From Lepidodermella squamata (Eukaryota; Animalia; Gastrotricha): a stretch of 64,000 nucleotides of DNA. Of the stretch, positions 52,455-64,000 are shown piece by piece. The stretch covers positions 2,356,001 through 2,420,000 of the forward strand of contig JBLDXI010000001.1 of NCBI GenBank assembly GCA_047495785.1, written 5' to 3'. The notes below the pieces were generated by a model. The model had not been told where the DNA came from and made no database searches. It saw nothing but the letters and a program-made list of their open reading frames with translations. A program made the translations under genes and the position numbers. The stretch's first letter is position 1. Each line of letters opens with the position of its first letter.

Positions 52455-54229
52455 TCGATGAATTCCGGATAAAAGGGGTTTCGCTTATTTTCTTGTAATT
52501 TAAATCTAAAAATTGAAAGAGATTTTATGAAAGGGAAGAAACTAGGTTAAAATTAACAATGCAAGTGCCGCATAATTGCGAAAATTTGTTTACCATCCGT
52601 TGTTGTTAAACTCAACGAGGTGGAACAAAAAGCTGAAATGATATCATGTATACAGGTAATAGCTCTGAAATTTTGGCATGGCCAACGAGCGAGTCCAGCA
52701 TTAATCATTGCTATTGTGACAACGCGCGTTGTTATAACATGCTATAGGTGCCTACCTGTTTACGAGAGATGAAAAGCGCGCACACGCCTTTTCTGTAACA
52801 TATTACAGGATTATTATCATAATAATAAAAAAGGCCAAATTCGCACAAGAGTGTTCACTTTTGTTGGGCATTATTTGCCCTTTACTTTTTGCGTTGAATT
52901 ATTATAAGCATTACTCACATATTATACATAAAAGCCAGGGCAAAAAGGTGTGTACACATATTACACATTATGCAGAGGTATTCTTTGAAGAAGAGTTTTA
53001 TACTTCTACATCAGACGGTATTATTGTCACACACACAAGTCGTATAATTCTATTATACGCAGGTGTTGTTTATACATGTGTTTTATACTTGCCGAAAATG
53101 ACGCCGATGATGATGAATGGTGTATAGAAAAACGTATGCATATGGTGCCATTTTTTTGTTAAATTTTCACGGGGTTAACGTTTTTTATTATAATATTATA
53201 TAACATGTCATCGCTTGGATTTTTTCTATTTCAAATATCGTAATCTTAATATAACTTGAAATTTTTGCGTAGTTTTTTGTTTCGTATCTACGTCACTGAG
53301 AACTCAAATTGTGTGGGGTATCACGCCATCGTGAATAGTTGACAACTGAAATAGGATTGTCCAAGTTTTCGATTTTTTGAAATTCGCCCCGAAATTCACA
53401 CCTTCTACTAGAAAATCGAATTCGGAAAAAATAATGAAAAAAATTAACTACCAGTTTTCAGTTGACAAGCTTTCTTGTCTTGAAATATTGGAGCGAGAAA
53501 CACGTGATAATACTATAAAATTTGTTATGTTAGATGTAATTCTTCACGTTTAACAATACTTGAATAGTGAAGAGTTTGTTATATTTTCATCACGTATTAA
53601 CGGACAAGGGCAGAGTGCGCAGAGTGCAAGCGCAACCCTACAACCCGGCAACCCTTCTGCGGGTGCAATTAGTGGTGGGGGCCGCGCGAGGCCGTCGGTC
53701 AAATTTGTAATTAGCCGTGGAAAAACGTGGAGGCCAAAATCTGGTGTGGATGTGGCACCTTTTCTTGGCAACCGTTGCTATGATAAAGAGCGTTGTTTTC
53801 CGCTTTTTTCACAGAAATAACGGTGAAAGCTAATCCCTCTTAATTTTTTGCGCTCAATATGAATCACGTTTCGAGACGCCTGAGAACTTCACCGAGTTCA
53901 CTTTTCGCATAACTGAATTCGTAACGGAAGTGCATATTGAAAAATTAGCTATGATTCTAACATTTTTTCAGGTATTTGACAAGGGCAAATTTATCTTGCT
54001 GATGACACCATGCCTGAGGGCTGAAAATGTAATTTTATAGAGCTGCCCTCTCAATGGAAGATACATAAAACCAAAAATAACCTGAAAATTGGAGAGGGAC
54101 GTTGCTCAGCTCAGGGCCATCGGAAATTTCCATAGGTTCCATAGGTTCGATCGAAGGTTCTGAAAGAATCGCTGGTGGTTTTGCAGACCTAATTTGCTTG
54201 GGCCTCTGAGACGATAACATTCAGCGAGG

Positions 54230-54560
54230 ATTGCCAAGTTTCATGGGGAAGGCCGCGAGCTTCAACATCGGTACTGTGATCGAGCAGCATTTTTTCGATT
54301 TCGGTCATCGCAGCGTAGTGCAGAGCAGTCTCTGCCAGCCACTCTCCAGTTGACATCACTGCCAGCATTTTTGATGAGCTCTTTTGTTACTTCCAAGTGG
54401 ACCTTTCTCGCAACGCAGCTGTCATTGCCGAATGTCCACATCGACCAAGCCAAGTTGGTGTCTCGCTTCAGCAACAAGCTCCAAGCCTGCCTTCTTTCAA
54501 ATCTTGAACCGGAGTCTGAACCGGTGCTGAACACATCTTGTTCGCTTATTGGAAACGATT
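54230..54560 (-). pseudogene. Decayed fragment of the secreted ankyrin family (paralog A/B type)
   Basis: Translation LLLKRDTNL..HLEVTKELIKNAGSDVNWRVAG matches LLLKRGANL..HLEAAEELIKAGSDVNWRMADG of paralogs A/B, with frameshifts. Confidence 0.75.
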
Positions 54561-55077
54561 GCTGATTGAAGCTGATTGAACGATTGCTGAGTCAGAGCAG
54601 ACTCGCTAATATCTGCCCCGGCTCCAAGAATAACTTTCGCTAGTTCCAAATATTAGTCAAATAGCTTCATATATATTCGCATGGAGAAAGTAATGATATG
54701 CTGCAACGCTTTGCTGAAACCCTAAACAATGCGTAACCTACCAATTCATTTTTGCAAGGATCCAAGTTGTTCCGTAGTTTTTGTGGGCAGTAAAGCTGAG
54801 AGCCAAGTCAGCAGCATTCTTTCAAATGACTAGCAATAATCCAGCTCTTGAATTCATCATCTTAGAACGGAAGCGTCTTATCTATGGAAGATTGCTTTAG
54901 TTCCCGAACAGTTGTCGCGCGCGACAGGGTGACACCTGGGACACGATACTACAGCTTTGGATAAAATCCTCGCCCATTGGTTGCGAATAAAAAATTATTA
55001 AATTATAATGTATCAAATCGATTTATTTATTACTGAACTATGATGCTTTTTTTCATGCTTTTTTTATGAGAGAGAGG

Positions 55078-55316
55078 GTGATTCATCTCACATCTAGAAT
55101 CTAGATCAGTGAATATGCTGATAAAATTCCCATGGCACATGAAATCTTAGCCGCGAGGTGCTTCAGTCGAAATTTATGTAACAAGTGGGCATGACTTTCG
55201 GGTCAAGCCCCAAACACTGTGAAAGCCACTGTGAAAAACAGGACGTCAAGGTTCGGTGAAATATCCGATTTGTTAGGAGGTTCTCACGAGCCTCACCGCG
55301 ACATTAGTCGCTAATC
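55078..55316 (+). repeat. Dispersed repeat family A (copies at ~41680-41797 +, 55078-55316 +, ~57110-57345 -, ~58925-59123 -)
   Basis: Shared gggcatg(a/g)ctttcggg..cccc and ggagg..cgagc(c/t)tcaccgcg...cgctaat. One end is gattcatct; a short hairpin gcgac-atta-gtcgc lies near the other end. Confidence 0.75.
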
Positions 55317-56289
55317 TTGAAATGAACAAAACATACCTAAAGGCTGAAGATTAGGTTGAGCCAAGAGTTGCTCATGAGCTCCGGCGCTGAGTCGCACGCG
55401 AAGAGGTCAAGTCCCTTATATGTGAAACAATCCAATAAGAGACACACGACCACGATAATTAAAAATGACTTTTCTTAGAAAAAATATCTAGAAATGCGGT
55501 TCATTCTGGTAAAATACCGATAATTACCAAATACCAAACCATCGGGTTTTTCCGGACTTCCTCCGGTTAATTAAAATTAATTCGAACTTCGATATCATCA
55601 CGGATGATTTTTGGTAAATGGTCCCTTCAAGTCTTATTTCGAAGAAATTGTTCGCAAAAAGTTCCCAAATTGATAAAAAAAAATGGCTGCGCAAAGGATA
55701 GGCTTCATATACTTCACTCGCGTGATGGACTATTCTCGTTACCTGGTCAGGGAATTCATCGCCGGCTCGGACAGTTCAATGTTCCTGTATTTCCGAGAAA
55801 TCAGTTATCTTTTTGCCAAGCTGTATAAGCATAAGGATAATCTGTATACGCTCGAACAACGCCTGAGATTGCAACTGAATCACTTATGGTCCGAATTCGG
55901 TAAAATCAACAACTCCGAGTTATCATCCTATATCCTATTTAAGCGACAAAATTTCACTTTCCACGCAGATTCTTGGATTTTTACTGAAATGATATTGAAA
56001 AAAATTGCTTTGAAGCATTTTCTGTTGTGATATTTTAGAGCGGAAAGTATACCTAGCCAAAAGTCACGAATTAATGAATGAAAGAAAATAGAAGCTTCTC
56101 AAGAGCTTTATATTAGATATTAGGCTTCATTAGTTTCAATAACGTGTTCACACGAATCCCTATTTCTAACATTACAAAGAGCAAAACTGCAACATTATAG
56201 TTTTGACTTTCGAAAGTTATTATTTCCGCTGTTGCAAATTTTCAACTTAGCAATAATTATTCGTAACATTTTATTAATTATTGAAATAG

Positions 56290-59200
56290 ATGATGGTAAT
56301 ACTCGAGAGTTTATTGCTTTGTTTAATCGTTGTACCGGCGTCTTATGCCGCAAATGCGGCTAAAACGCAAGAACTTTTCAACGCTATCAATGCCGGAAAT
56401 TTGGCCCAGGTCACATCGGCTATAGCCGGCGGGGCCGACATTAACGGGCGAGATACGCGTCCGAGTTCAAACGGTGCCACGCCGTTGATAACTGCGACAA
56501 AAAAGCAGAACATTGCCATCGTGCAGTTGCTGCTCAAAAGCACCGGAATCAACTTGTCAGAGGGCGACGACTACGGCAATACAGCTCTTCATTTGGCTGT
56601 TACAACCGGATCAGTTGAAATCGTAAAATTGCTGCTCCAAGGTTAGTGGACTGAATTACCAAGTATAGACCGAAATATTCCCTCTCCGCGAATTTTCGGA
56701 ATTTCAAGAAATTGTATAAAAATGATTTTGTGAGAACCAAAAATTTCTTGAAAAATTGGCTAAAATTTCGGTTTTTTTGAATATTTTCTAGAACACACAT
56801 TTACTCCTTTCTTTTGACTGGCGGTTTGAGAACTAATTTTATTACAATTTCTTTTTACCCATCTCGGTCTCAACTCTATAATTTTCTCAGACTCAAGAAT
56901 AAGTTATCAATCTATTTTTGCTGAAATTTACGATAGTTTTTAATCTGAATTACATACGAAATCCCAAAAGATTCGGAACAACTGATTGTTCGGATCGACG
57001 AATTGCTTGCATATTTTTTATTAAACCGTTTAACCGTTCAGTTTAACCCTCTGATTTCTTCAAAGCAGCGTCTGCTGATTTCTTGAATCGGAAATTTTAT
57101 TTCTAAATCATTAGCGACTTGCGTCGCAGTGAGGCTGGTTAAAGCCCCCGGACATCCGGATATTTTACCGGACCTTTGCGGCTTAGTTTCACAGTGGCTT
57201 TCACTTTGTCAGTGGGTCTGGGGCACGGCCCGAAAGCCATGCCCAAATGTCAAGTTTTCAAGTTGAAACCACCTCGCAGGAAAAAACGCATCTATCCCTG
57301 AAATCTTATTTACATATGCACATTTTATAAGCGAGATGAATCATCAATCCACCTAAAAAAACTGAGAAAATAAATGATTTTATTTGCAAATTATTCAATT
57401 TTTTTAAATTTGTTTTTGCAGGTGACTCGGATCCTAATTCTCAGAATAAGGCAAGCCAAACTCCACTCATCACCTGTCTCGCATCCACAGTCGCCTGTCC
57501 AGGTGACATCATAGTCGCCCTTTTAAATCGATCCGCCTCCCTCGACCTGGCCGATCGGCAGGGCAACACAGCCCTGGAACTGGCGAAAAACACCGAAATC
57601 ATCCCAGTCTACCTCTCAGTCCTCGCCGGTTGTATCGTTACAACAAATGATGACTGCGTCAACGCTCTGTTGGCTCCACCTCAATTAATCAGGCTCGGAA
57701 TCGATATGATGAGCCGACCAGTCGCTGGATTCGCCCGGGATGACGACACGTTGCTATCAGTCGCCGTCAGAACAGGCCAAAGACAAGTTGTCGAGCAGTT
57801 GCTAGACGCAGGGGCTGACCCTGATAGACCGCCTTATATCCTTACATTAGCAGCTCAAAGTGGGGAAATAGCCCTAGTTCGACTTCTAATGGGCTACGGC
57901 GTTGCTTTGAATTCGAAAAGCCCGCAGGATTGCAACATGACGGCAGTTATGGCTTGCGCGTTGTCCGACAAGGTCGTCAATCTATGCACCCTGGAAATTT
58001 TCGACTATTTAATTCGGCAAAAGGCGTCCCTTAGCGGGGTTGATTGCTTCGGCCGCGGGGTTGACGCCATCGCAAAATCGAATAAGAACGACCGGTCGTT
58101 TTCGGATAGAATCGAGAGTGAGTTCAGTGGGCTGGCGGTTGCGGTGGGCTCGACTCAGGCGCCGCAGCGGGTTCAAACGAATGCTATTGGCCGGGAGATC
58201 ACGGTGTGGCCGTGTGGTTATGACAAGAAGGAATTGATTACGACGACGACAACGACTACAACGCAGCAGCCGACGACGAGAAGAGCCGGGCAGAGGGGGC
58301 AAAGGCCGTCGTTCACGCAGATGCAAACGACCAGGGGGACGGAAGCTTGGTTTCCGTGGATGGTAAATTTTTTAAATTCAGAAATATTTAATATTAAGGG
58401 AACAATTTAAAATCGATTACTTAGTTGTATTGTTTAATTCTCTCCCATAATTTGTTGAATTATTACAATAATGTACGACAATTTGACTTTGAAACAGGGG
58501 CGATCCAGACCCTCCGAAGCATTTCTCATAGTTTGCCGAAGAATCCGAACCATTTATCCAATTAGGAACTTTTTGCGAACAATTTTTGCTAGCTTAAGAG
58601 ACCATTTACCGCTAATCGTGATTCTATCGAAGAAATTACAAATTTACCGGAGGAAGCTCGGAAAACCCGATGGTAACAGGTAATTTACCCGGTTGAACCG
58701 GATTTCTCAGGATTTTTCCTCTTAAAACAGTAAAAAAAACTAGTTGATTATCGTTTCAAGTTTGGAAATTTTGGACATGACCTCTTCACACCCGAATCAA
58801 CGCCGAAGCTCATAAACGAAATCGGCATATGCCGTAGTTGCACCTCTTTGTCGGCACTTAGATGTTCTTTGTAGTGCCAGGCTTGTATTTCGGCTACTAC
58901 GGTAATTTGTTCATTTCATGATTATAGCGACTAATGTCGCGGTGAGGCTCGTTAGATCCTCCTGACAAATCGGATATTTCACCGATCCTTGTGGTTGGGG
59001 CTTTACCCGAAGGTCATGCCCGATTGTGAAATATATTCCCAATGAAGCGCCTCGCGGCTAAGATTTCATGTGTCATAGAAATTTTATTAGCATATTCACT
59101 TCTCTATAAATAAGATGAATCACACAAAAAAATCACAGAACAAATATAATAATGAATAATAAATAAATATATTTAATTAATTACGATTAGTTAATTTAAA

Positions 59201-60480
59201 TTCTTATCAGCAAAAAATTGGGGGGTGTTGTGGGATACTTCTACATGACATTAAACGAAGATTAAGCGGGATTGGGGTCGGAATTTTGACGGAAGCCTGT
59301 TAGGATTTTACTTTATATTTTGTTGCTTTTTTCGATGGGACTTTGTTTTATTTTGCAATACATTTTTCAGGCTCGTTTGAGGCTGAGCAGCGCTGGGAAG
59401 TCGGCCGAGTACTGCGGTGCGAGTATAATCTCCGCTAATTGGCTGCTCACAGCCGCTCACTGCGTCCGTAATAAGCTGAACGTCGACATTCAGATGGGCA
59501 ACCACAACTTTTCACAAATCGAAGACGGCCAGGCCGACCCGCAACCGGCACAGAACGTCGTCATCCACCCATCGTACAACCCAGATACGCAAGACTACGA
59601 CTTCGCCCTGTTACAGCTAAATGTCCCATTCTATCGATTTACCGCGAAAATGCAGCCGATTTGCTTGCCTGACCACCCGTTTAAAATGTGTGACTCATCG
59701 GTTGATACCAGCGATGATACAATGAGCATGGTTGACCAGTGTGACCAGGTCGAGGCGGCTGGTTGGGGCCTGAATGAGTTCAGCCAGAAGACACCGGCGC
59801 TGCAAAAGGTCACGTTGAATGTGAAGCCCTACGGTGAATGCGCGACGAAAATTGTTGGAGAAAACGACGAAAATGCAGAGCCTCTGAGACTCAGTGATGT
59901 TCACATATGCGCGGGCAGTGATGATGGCCAGGACACTTGCCAAGGTGACAGGTATGGACTAGACAATTATTTTAAAAAATTTCAATATTTTTCAATTTCA
60001 ATTTTTTTCATACTTATATTGAAATTCTATCCATTATTTGAAGAATCATTTAGAAATTTAGATTTAGAATTTAGAAATCATTTAGAAATATAATTTTTTC
60101 AAATTTTTGTAATATTTTGATTTTTCATAAGTACGTAACCACTTTAAATGTTTCAATTTTTAATTTCGAAAACTCTAAATCAATTTTCTTCAATTTTTAT
60201 TTATTTACTTTCTAACAGTGGCGGCCCTTTGATGTGTAAGAAAGATGGCCGATGGTATGCTATTGGCATCGTCAGTTTTGGTCGGCAAGATTGCGGAGAA
60301 AAAGGAGTGCCTGGTAAATATTAGCATTAAATTTCAAAAAATCTCGAAATTATTCTGCGAATTTTTATAGCTGTTTATTCGAGGGTTTGCAAAGTTGTCG
60401 ACTGGATAAAAAATGTCACGAAATTCGACTTTCTTGACGGAAATGCCAACGACAATGGCCGCATCAGATCATCGGGCTAA
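56290..60480 (+). CDS. Secreted ankyrin-repeat / trypsin-like serine protease fusion protein
   Basis: Exons 56290-56641, 57422-58362, 59371-59951, 60219-60313 and 60371-60480 are phase-compatible. Signal MMVILESLLLCLIVVPASYA, ANK repeats, then PCG..TTTTTTTT linker. Exon 2 ends GTEAWFPWM and continues ARLRL..CGASIISANWLLTAAHC, DYDFALLQL, QDTCQGDS|GGPL, GIVSFG..CG..GVPAVYSRV..WI. Confidence 0.85.
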
Positions 60481-60856
60481 TTTTGTGCCGAAATAACCCG
60501 ATTTGCAATTAATTGATTTTGAAGAATCGCTGTTTGATAAAAATAAGTTAACAAATAAATAAATGAGAAATATAACACGAGGGCAGGGTATAAATAATTT
60601 ATATAATATTTTCCTCAATCAAGCTATAGTGCATTTTTTATCATGGGCCACAATGCATGCTATATTCCTTTTATTATTAGCTACGTATACACTAATAATA
60701 ACGAATGTTCCTTTCATGTTTTTTATACTGCTGGCATAGTATATGGAATTCTCGAGAGCATTACATCTCTCATTCTCTCTCACTGCTCCCTATACTACAA
60801 TTTCAGAAAAAAACACATCAGATTTTTACAAAGAGTGATAAGCAGATTTCTTGAAG

Positions 60857-62190
60857 ATGAGGCAATGCAAGGTAATAATTCTGTTACTTTTTATTTCCTT
60901 TTCGAAATTTGTATTTTAGGTATGCGATGCTTCAATCGCCCGTCGAAAAGTCTACCAGCCAAGTATTTGCGAGGCTTGCCAGAAATTTTTCCGCCGAAAT
61001 GTGAGAAACGCGGCTAATTTGCGGTGTAAAAAAGGCCACGGCGGCTGCCTGGTGTTATGGGTCTTCAAACGAGACATTTGCCCGCTATGCCGCATGGAAA
61101 AGTGCCGACAAGTTGGCATGCAAAGTGAGATTTCGTTTTCTTTAAAATTTCACTTTATTTTAAATTATTATCTTATAGGCAGGGTACATCAGCAGGAAAG
61201 TGATATTTCGTCAGAAGGCTCAGTTAGTCTATCGCCCGCGACCTCAGAATGCGTACCTGTATTTCCCGACCGGCACCAATTGGCCGAGGCAGAGAGACAT
61301 TTCCAGCAGTTGATGCAGGCTCTTACGTCACTTCACGACTTGAACTTCGTAAGTTTGACTCGGTCCAGTTTACTCATGTAATTTACTGGATTTAAACAGC
61401 TCGAAATGAAGAATCCTGATTTGATCATCGACGACGAAGCAACTTTGCTAAGATTAACAAAAATCGACCTTGAAATTGCAATGAAGGCAATCCGATCTTT
61501 TGCAAATTTCGTAGCTGGTTAGCATCGTAATCGTCTGCATTTTTTTATTTCCAATTATTTCTCAACAGACGCCGAAGCACTTGAGACCTCTGAAATTGAT
61601 TTGCTGATGAATGGCTTCGGGCCAAAAATAGCGGCAGTCTACGACGCGTTACCTTGCGCTTCCAGTTCGTGTTTATTAGGAATGGACGCCAGTTTAAAAG
61701 ATCCTTTAATCAAGCTCAACCCTGATATCAGTAACATGGTTTATCGCGCTGAGCGGTTCAACGATGTTGTCCTCGAGTGGTCGCCATCAATTGTCGAAAG
61801 CGCAATTTTCGTCTACCTCGTGTTTTTTTCAGGTTGAAATCATTTTCGACAAAAAATCCGCCTTAATTTTTGAAATTGTTCAACACAGAAAATTGTATAC
61901 AAAACGCTCGAGTTGCTAGAATCAGACGTCGCCTTTGGTCGCTGCTAAATTTATGGAACTCGAACACAGCCGCAAGACTGGGCCTTCCAGATGTGAATGA
62001 TTACGTATCGCAACGTCGCCAGCATTTGGAGCATTGCATAGCTGTTATGCAATGGGCAGTTGACGAATTTGTGAGGGTCTCATGTGGCAACTTCAAAGAT
62101 GAGATGATGCAAAACTTCACGTTTGATGACGACTTGGTGCGGTGCTGCTTTCAAGAGGAAACTCCAAAGTTGACCGAAATCACGACATGA
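60857..62190 (+). CDS. Divergent nuclear hormone receptor (C4 zinc-finger DBD plus diverged LBD-like region)
   Basis: MRQCK|VCDAS..SICEACQKFFRRNV..LRCKKGHGGC..CPLCRMEKCRQVGM contains all eight Zn-binding Cys. Several downstream helical exons run to the stop at 62190. Confidence 0.8.
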
Positions 62191-62800
62191 CATTCATTAT
62201 TTTGACCTTTTTTATTACCGCATTATCAGTACTGAGGGATGACCTAGTTGGAACATACGCAATCAAATAATAAAATACCACGAAGTAATGCTCAAGGTAT
62301 ATTAACGAATAACGATGGAAATATTAAATATCGACATTTAATATTTCAATATAAGAATTGTGCTCGCCAACTTCGAAACCGAAGCTGCATTTATTTACAA
62401 GCCTTTGAATACAAGCTGAATAAGAATGCCTCTGTTTTTTAGCTCTCTGAGACTGTAGAAAACTTGAAGCCCTGCCCTGCTTTTAGAAATGAAAAGAAAT
62501 TTCGCCATAGTGGAATATTGCGGAAAATGTGCTTGCTTTCTCCACAAATCTGGCGTGTTTCGATTTACCGGCACGTGTGACCCTGTTTACAACAGCGAAT
62601 TATACTGTTTCCAAAACAGGGTGAAAAACAACACCAATTCTGCACGCGATCTTGAAGCCAAGGCAGGTGCTTATTGGCGGCGGCGGCAATTATTCAACAA
62701 TCCCATTCATGGTTTTTAAAGAGCGGTTTCGAATCTGCGCAAATCATCAGTTTTTCGAAATACTTATTCAATTTATCTATTTATTTTTCCTACATTCAAA

Positions 62801-63424
62801 ATGCGTTTCGTTCTCCTAGCGGCTATTATTGCCCTATTTTGCATTGGTAATTGACCCACTTTTTTGTCAATTTATTTCACATTATTTAAACTTGCAGTCG
62901 CCAGCTCGGCGAACAAGGGGATTGGCAAGCGTGGACGTGGCAACAATGTTTCCGCCTCGGTGAACAAGAACTCGGCCTCGGCCTCGGCCGGTGACAACCG
63001 TCGTCGTGGCTTCTTCGGCCACAAGAGTCGTCGCGGCAACTTCGCCTCCGCCTCCGTCAACCGCCGCTCCGCCTCGGCTGCTGCCGGCAACAACCGTGGC
63101 CGTCGCGGATTCTTTGGTCGCCGTCGTGGTGGCAACTACGCCTCAGCCTCCGTCAACAAGAACTCCGCCTCGGCGAATGCTGGTGACTACCGTGGTCACC
63201 GTGGCCATTTCTTCGGCCGCCGTGGCTCCCGCTCGTCTGGTTCCTTCTACGGCCGTCGCCATGGACGCGGTTTCTATGGCCGTCACGGTTACGGTCGTCG
63301 TGGATTCTACGGTCGCGGTCGCTATGGCTACGGCTACGGTCGTTTCGGCCACCGTGGTTTCTACAGCGGCTCGTCCTCGTCCGGCGATTTCTATGGCCGT
63401 CGTAATGGCTGGTTCTGGCATTAA
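62801..63424 (+). CDS. Secreted Gly/Arg/Tyr/Phe-rich repetitive cationic peptide precursor
   Basis: Exon 1 (62801-62846, MRFVLLAAIIALFCI) is followed by an intron to 62897. Exon 2 has three GNxxSASVN(K/R)xSASAxAG(D/N)xR..GxFFG repeats and a GFYGR/GYG-rich tail. Confidence 0.8.
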
Positions 63425-64000
63425 GCGGTTTCGTGAAAGAACTATAGATAGGACTGCCAAATGCCGATTTTTCGGCGAAATATTTCGTGTATGAGTCATG
63501 CAACGATGAGTGCTACAACGCCTTTATTTATTTCTTCTCTGTGGTATCGAGCAATTGAATGAAAAGCCAATATTTTCGATAAATTTTTAGAATAAAAATT
63601 ATCGATTTTTGATTAAAACTCAATTTTTTTAATTAATTTAATAATATAATTTTGTTGAATAGTATGTAAAGGACGGGGTTTTCACACCATATCAGAGCGC
63701 GCTAGATCAACAAGTGAGATAACATTGGGTGCACCAGGTGCTTTTCTGGCAGCTTCAAAGTTTCGAGATGAAGCAGCGGCTCCGTTCAGATATGAACTCT
63801 TTACTCATGCTATATCATACAAGTATAGATTTATTGCTAGGAGGCATATTCAAGCTGAAGAATCGTCCGCGTTATTCGTTCCCCGTCATTGAGAGAACCA
63901 CCTCTTTTGAGTGTGGGCGCTTGAAAGTTTGGAAACCGATCTTACTAATAAACTTTCCGGCATCCTTATTATTCAACCGCCCCTGATGCTCACATACCTG

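Noticed and set aside
59320-60093. Stand-alone protease ORF lacking the catalytic serine (GDRYG)
   Set aside because: Artefact of an intron splitting the Ser codon. Splicing 59951 to 60219 restores GDSGGP.
62872-63503. Long overlapping ORFs in alternative frames and on the antisense strand of the Gly/Arg-rich gene
   Set aside because: Explained by GC-rich repetitive codons lacking stops. Only the + frame has a signal exon and splice support.

Overview
Gene-dense eukaryotic (invertebrate, probably ecdysozoan) genomic DNA with short AT-rich GT-AG introns, so most genes are split across several ORFs of the supplied track. I reconstructed exon structures by hand. The window has about 18 genes: two Cys-rich EB-module-like surface proteins, two BTBD9-like BTB-BACK-discoidin paralogs, a small single-pass membrane protein, two neprilysin (M13) peptidases, a NEK kinase, an ENPP, an SLC13 transporter, a Pro/Lys/Gln-rich ORF, an atypical Rab, a divergent nuclear receptor, a secreted Gly/Arg-rich peptide precursor, and four ankyrin-repeat genes. 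Several MITE-like and dispersed repeats lie between and within genes. The standout is that all four ankyrin genes encode an N-terminal signal peptide, although ankyrin repeats are normally cytosolic. Two are a tandem pair (one frameshifted) whose divergence appears concentrated at target-binding positions. One sandwiches seven Sushi/CCP domains between ankyrin arrays. One is fused to a trypsin-like serine protease with an intact catalytic triad. A decayed fifth copy is also present. Together they suggest an extracellular ankyrin-based recognition/protease system (complement-like immunity, or saliva/venom). That interpretation is inference and needs database and expression checks.
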